Source: a virus
Lineage: Duplodnaviria > Heunggongvirae > Uroviricota > Caudoviricetes
IMG/VR virus record: IMGVR_UViG_2671180846_000036
Location: 1-16,577 of that record
Reading direction: 5' to 3' (one strand)
DNA length: 16,577 nucleotides
A program made the translations under genes and the position numbers. The notes below the pieces were generated by a model. It was not told the origin of the DNA, did not search any database, and saw only the letters and a list, made by a program, of their open reading frames with translations. How positions within the stretch are numbered: position 1 is the first letter of the stretch; each line of letters opens with the position of its first letter. This document shows positions 14,669-16,577 of this stretch, one piece after another.

Positions 14669-15826
14669 TTACATTCCTAATAATTTATCTTTGACATAAA
14701 ATATTCTGTTTTTGAGTTGGCTGGTGTTGTTGGCACTATCAGCAGTAACTATGGTTTCAAATTCCTCCCCAAACAGCCAGTCTCCTACAGGAATAACCGG
14801 AGCCTGTAGATGTGGATTGGCTTTTAAGGCAAGAGCAGTTCCCACTGCTATGGCTTCGTATCTAGCACGGGGGGTGGTTTTGCTTGTTGGTGTCTTTTTA
14901 AACCCCATAGGGAAATGAGTATCTACAAAAGCAAGCATGCTTTCAAAATCATGTTTAAATTTGTCAACATCTTGTTGTGTGACCCTTTCGGCCTGAACAT
15001 TAAGATAATTGTCAATAAAAGGAGCGACATAACCCTTATAATTTTCTAAATCATTTAAGTATGCAAAAAATCTCAAAACTAACTCACGATGATCGCCATT
15101 CGAACGCTTCCGGTCTGATAATGGAGCTAGACTAGCGAAAAGTGGATTTGTTGAGCAAGGAGTCACAACATCCCTATAGAAAATTGAAGTGGCCGCATCT
15201 GAACCATGTCTAACCTCCATCGCTTCCAGTCTCTTAACACCTGAATTTATTCTTTCGAATAAATCTCTTCTATGTTGCTCCTCAACATCACCTTTCAATT
15301 CAATAAATCTTAGTGATGCCCTTAAAAATCGCCTCTGGCGGCTAGCCAAAAGATCTGAAAATTTGAAGCCCTCTAAACTTTTGAGTTCTTTTAAGTCTTT
15401 CAATTCAAACTGATTGTTCCAAAAGTAGTAAATTGAGCGAATCCTTTGTGAACCGTCAATAATTTCTACACGACCATCCAACTCAGGATCTTCATTAAAT
15501 ACGTCGGAGATGTAGAGGTACGGGATTGGAAAATCTAATAATATACTTTCGATGAATCGAGAGGCTGTTTTGATATCCCATTTGTAATCGCGTTGATAAT
15601 CAGGAATAAAAAGTTCGTTTTTGTCAGTTTCAAGATTATTGCCATACTTTTGTACAATTAATTCAACGGTCCATTCACGTACGTTGTATCCAATATTTCT
15701 CTGAGCAAGCCTAATCTCGTTGTCGGCAGAAGTGACCAAGGCTGCAATTTCAGCTTTTTTTCTATTTTTCGCGTTTTCATCTTGAATCTGAGCAAGCTCT
15801 TCTTTGAGTTCTTTGAGTGTGGTCAT
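14669..15826 (-). CDS. DUF262 (ParB/Srx-like NTPase, GmrS-N-like) domain protein, 385 aa
   Basis: N-terminal region contains the two DUF262 signature motifs: IPDYQRDYKW (P-x-[FY]-QR-x-Y-x-W) and EIIDGSQRIRSIY (DGQQR-like). No recognisable C-terminal HNH/DUF1524 nuclease. AGGAA RBS upstream of the ATG at 15824-15826. Confidence 0.8.
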   Translation of the reverse strand: MTTLKELKEELAQIQDENAKNRKKAEIAALVTSADNEIRLAQRNIGYNVREWTVELIVQKYGNNLETDKNELFIPDYQRDYKWDIKTASRFIESILLDFPIPYLYISDVFNEDPELDGRVEIIDGSQRIRSIYYFWNNQFELKDLKELKSLEGFKFSDLLASRQRRFLRASLRFIELKGDVEEQHRRDLFERINSGVKRLEAMEVRHGSDAATSIFYRDVVTPCSTNPLFASLAPLSDRKRSNGDHRELVLRFFAYLNDLENYKGYVAPFIDNYLNVQAERVTQQDVDKFKHDFESMLAFVDTHFPMGFKKTPTSKTTPRARYEAIAVGTALALKANPHLQAPVIPVGDWLFGEEFETIVTADSANNTSQLKNRIFYVKDKLLGM

Positions 15827-15936
15827 ATCACTGTTCCTTTAATTGGAGTTGGAAATAGATTGTAAGAAAACTATAACGCGTACGCAAAAAATATTATATC
15901 GTGTTAAGAGTGGTTACTACGCCACACAGCTTAAAC

Positions 15937-15957
15937 CCGCCGCCAGGCGGTTTTTTG
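15937..15957 (+). terminator. Putative rho-independent terminator (plus-strand orientation)
   Basis: CCGCC-gcca-GGCGG hairpin (5-bp GC stem, 4-nt loop) followed by TTTTTTGTGT. No plus-strand CDS lies immediately upstream, since the region between 14008 and 15826 is occupied by minus-strand genes. Confidence 0.4.
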
Positions 15958-16079
15958 TGTCCGAAAAACGGCGCAGTACGTTAAACGTGCTGGTGGTTGC
16001 GAATACCGGTCTTTCAGCTTGCTGGCTTTTCAGACAAGAGTTATTGGTGTGTCACGTTAACCAGAAAAGGGAAAAAGAC

Positions 16080-16277
16080 ATGCTAAAACAGCAGGATATG
16101 ACCGAAACCGCCAGAGTGGTATTTAATGAATTAAGTGTCACCGAACCGGCGACCGTCGGGGAAATTGCGCAGAATACCTACCTTTCACGCGAACGCTGCC
16201 AGTTAATACTGACCCAGCTTGTTATGGCGGGTCTGGCAGATTATCAGTTCGGTTGTTACAGACGCCTTCCGCAGTGA
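16080..16277 (+). CDS. Small putative winged-helix DNA-binding protein, about 65 aa (start at MLKQQ; alternative start MTETA at 16098)
   Basis: Internal start of ORF 15843..16277, preceded by AAAAGGGAAAAAG. Segment ATVGEIAQNTYLSRERCQLILTQLVMAGLA looks like a wHTH recognition helix and is reminiscent of FaeA/PapI-like small regulators; the resemblance is weak. Confidence 0.4.
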   Translation: MLKQQDMTETARVVFNELSVTEPATVGEIAQNTYLSRERCQLILTQLVMAGLADYQFGCYRRLPQ

Positions 16278-16427
16278 AGGCTTTTTAATTTGTGGTAATG
16301 GGCGGCTGGTGGGTGTTAGCGGCACCTGCCAGCCATCTGCTCATGCGTTGGGGTCACAAGCAAACCTCAGGCCCATCTGCTTTGCGCAAAAGCGGAATGA
16401 GCCTATCAGAGAAGTGCTTATTGATCT

Positions 16428-16577
16428 ATGGCTAATACTGTAAAAATATCCAGTTGTGAGTTAATCAACGCTGATTGCCTGGAATTTATCCAGACCTTAC
16501 CGGAAAACTCTGTCGATCTGATAGTCACAGACCCGCCATACTTTAAAGTGAAGCCCGAGGGCTGGGATAACCAGTGG
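16428..16577 (+). CDS. DNA methyltransferase, N6-adenine/N4-cytosine class (DPPY motif), 5' partial (first 50 codons; runs off the window)
   Basis: Hand translation from the ATG at 16428: MANTVKISSCELINADCLEFIQTLPENSVDLIVTDPPYFKVKPEGWDNQW. SVDLIVTDPPY is the catalytic motif IV (DPPY) of amino-MTases, placed near the N-terminus as in beta-class enzymes. Absent from the ORF track because no stop lies within the window. Confidence 0.75.
   Translation, partial: MANTVKISSCELINADCLEFIQTLPENSVDLIVTDPPYFKVKPEGWDNQW

Larger units (their letters stand above)
1..16577. mobile_element. Lambdoid prophage segment: integration module, immunity switch, replication module, antiterminator Q and downstream cargo
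   Basis: Gene order int-xis / accessory genes / cI <-> cro / antirepressor-like / O-like + DnaC-like + DnaB-like / Q is the canonical lambdoid early-region layout. Tight operon packing with ATGA and TGATG stop-start overlaps. att sites and the late/lysis region lie outside the window. Confidence 0.85.

Noticed and set aside
14712-15413. Plus-strand ORFs 14712..14918 and 15189..15413
   Set aside because: Antisense to the DUF262 gene; short and without RBS.
15843-16079. Long N-terminal extension of ORF 15843..16277 (144 aa)
   Set aside because: The extension would be translated through the intergenic terminator hairpin and lacks an RBS at 15843; the internal start at 16080 with an upstream purine-rich RBS is more plausible.
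16219-16443. ORF 16219..16443 (74 aa) between the wHTH gene and the MTase start
   Set aside because: It overlaps the 3' end of the wHTH gene and the MTase start in another frame, with no RBS or motif; more likely an untranslated spacer.

Overview
This window reads as the early half of a lambdoid prophage (Enterobacteriaceae-like codon usage and RBS patterns), running from a leftward tyrosine integrase and excisionase to a phage-82/21-type antiterminator Q. In order: int and xis (minus strand); a leftward block of small accessory genes ending in a membrane module (small 2-TM protein plus SPFH/band-7 lipoprotein); a divergent CI-like repressor (HTH + S24 peptidase) and Cro-like HTH protein; then rightward KilA-N antirepressor-like, Lar-like zinc-ribbon, Rha-family regulator, an O-like initiator with internal iterons, a DnaC-like loader, a DnaB-like helicase and Q. 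Downstream of Q is an AT-rich cargo island: a Dcm-type C5-cytosine methyltransferase convergent with, and 3'-overlapping, a two-gene minus-strand operon encoding a DUF262 (ParB/GmrS-like NTPase) protein and a HEPN-like (Rx4H) protein. A small wHTH gene and the 5' end of an N6-adenine/N4-cytosine (DPPY) methyltransferase follow. The DUF262-HEPN pair, possibly together with the C5-MTase, is the strongest candidate for an uncharacterised anti-phage or abortive-infection module; the SPFH membrane operon is the second. All domain assignments come from motifs read by eye in the translations; no database search was run.
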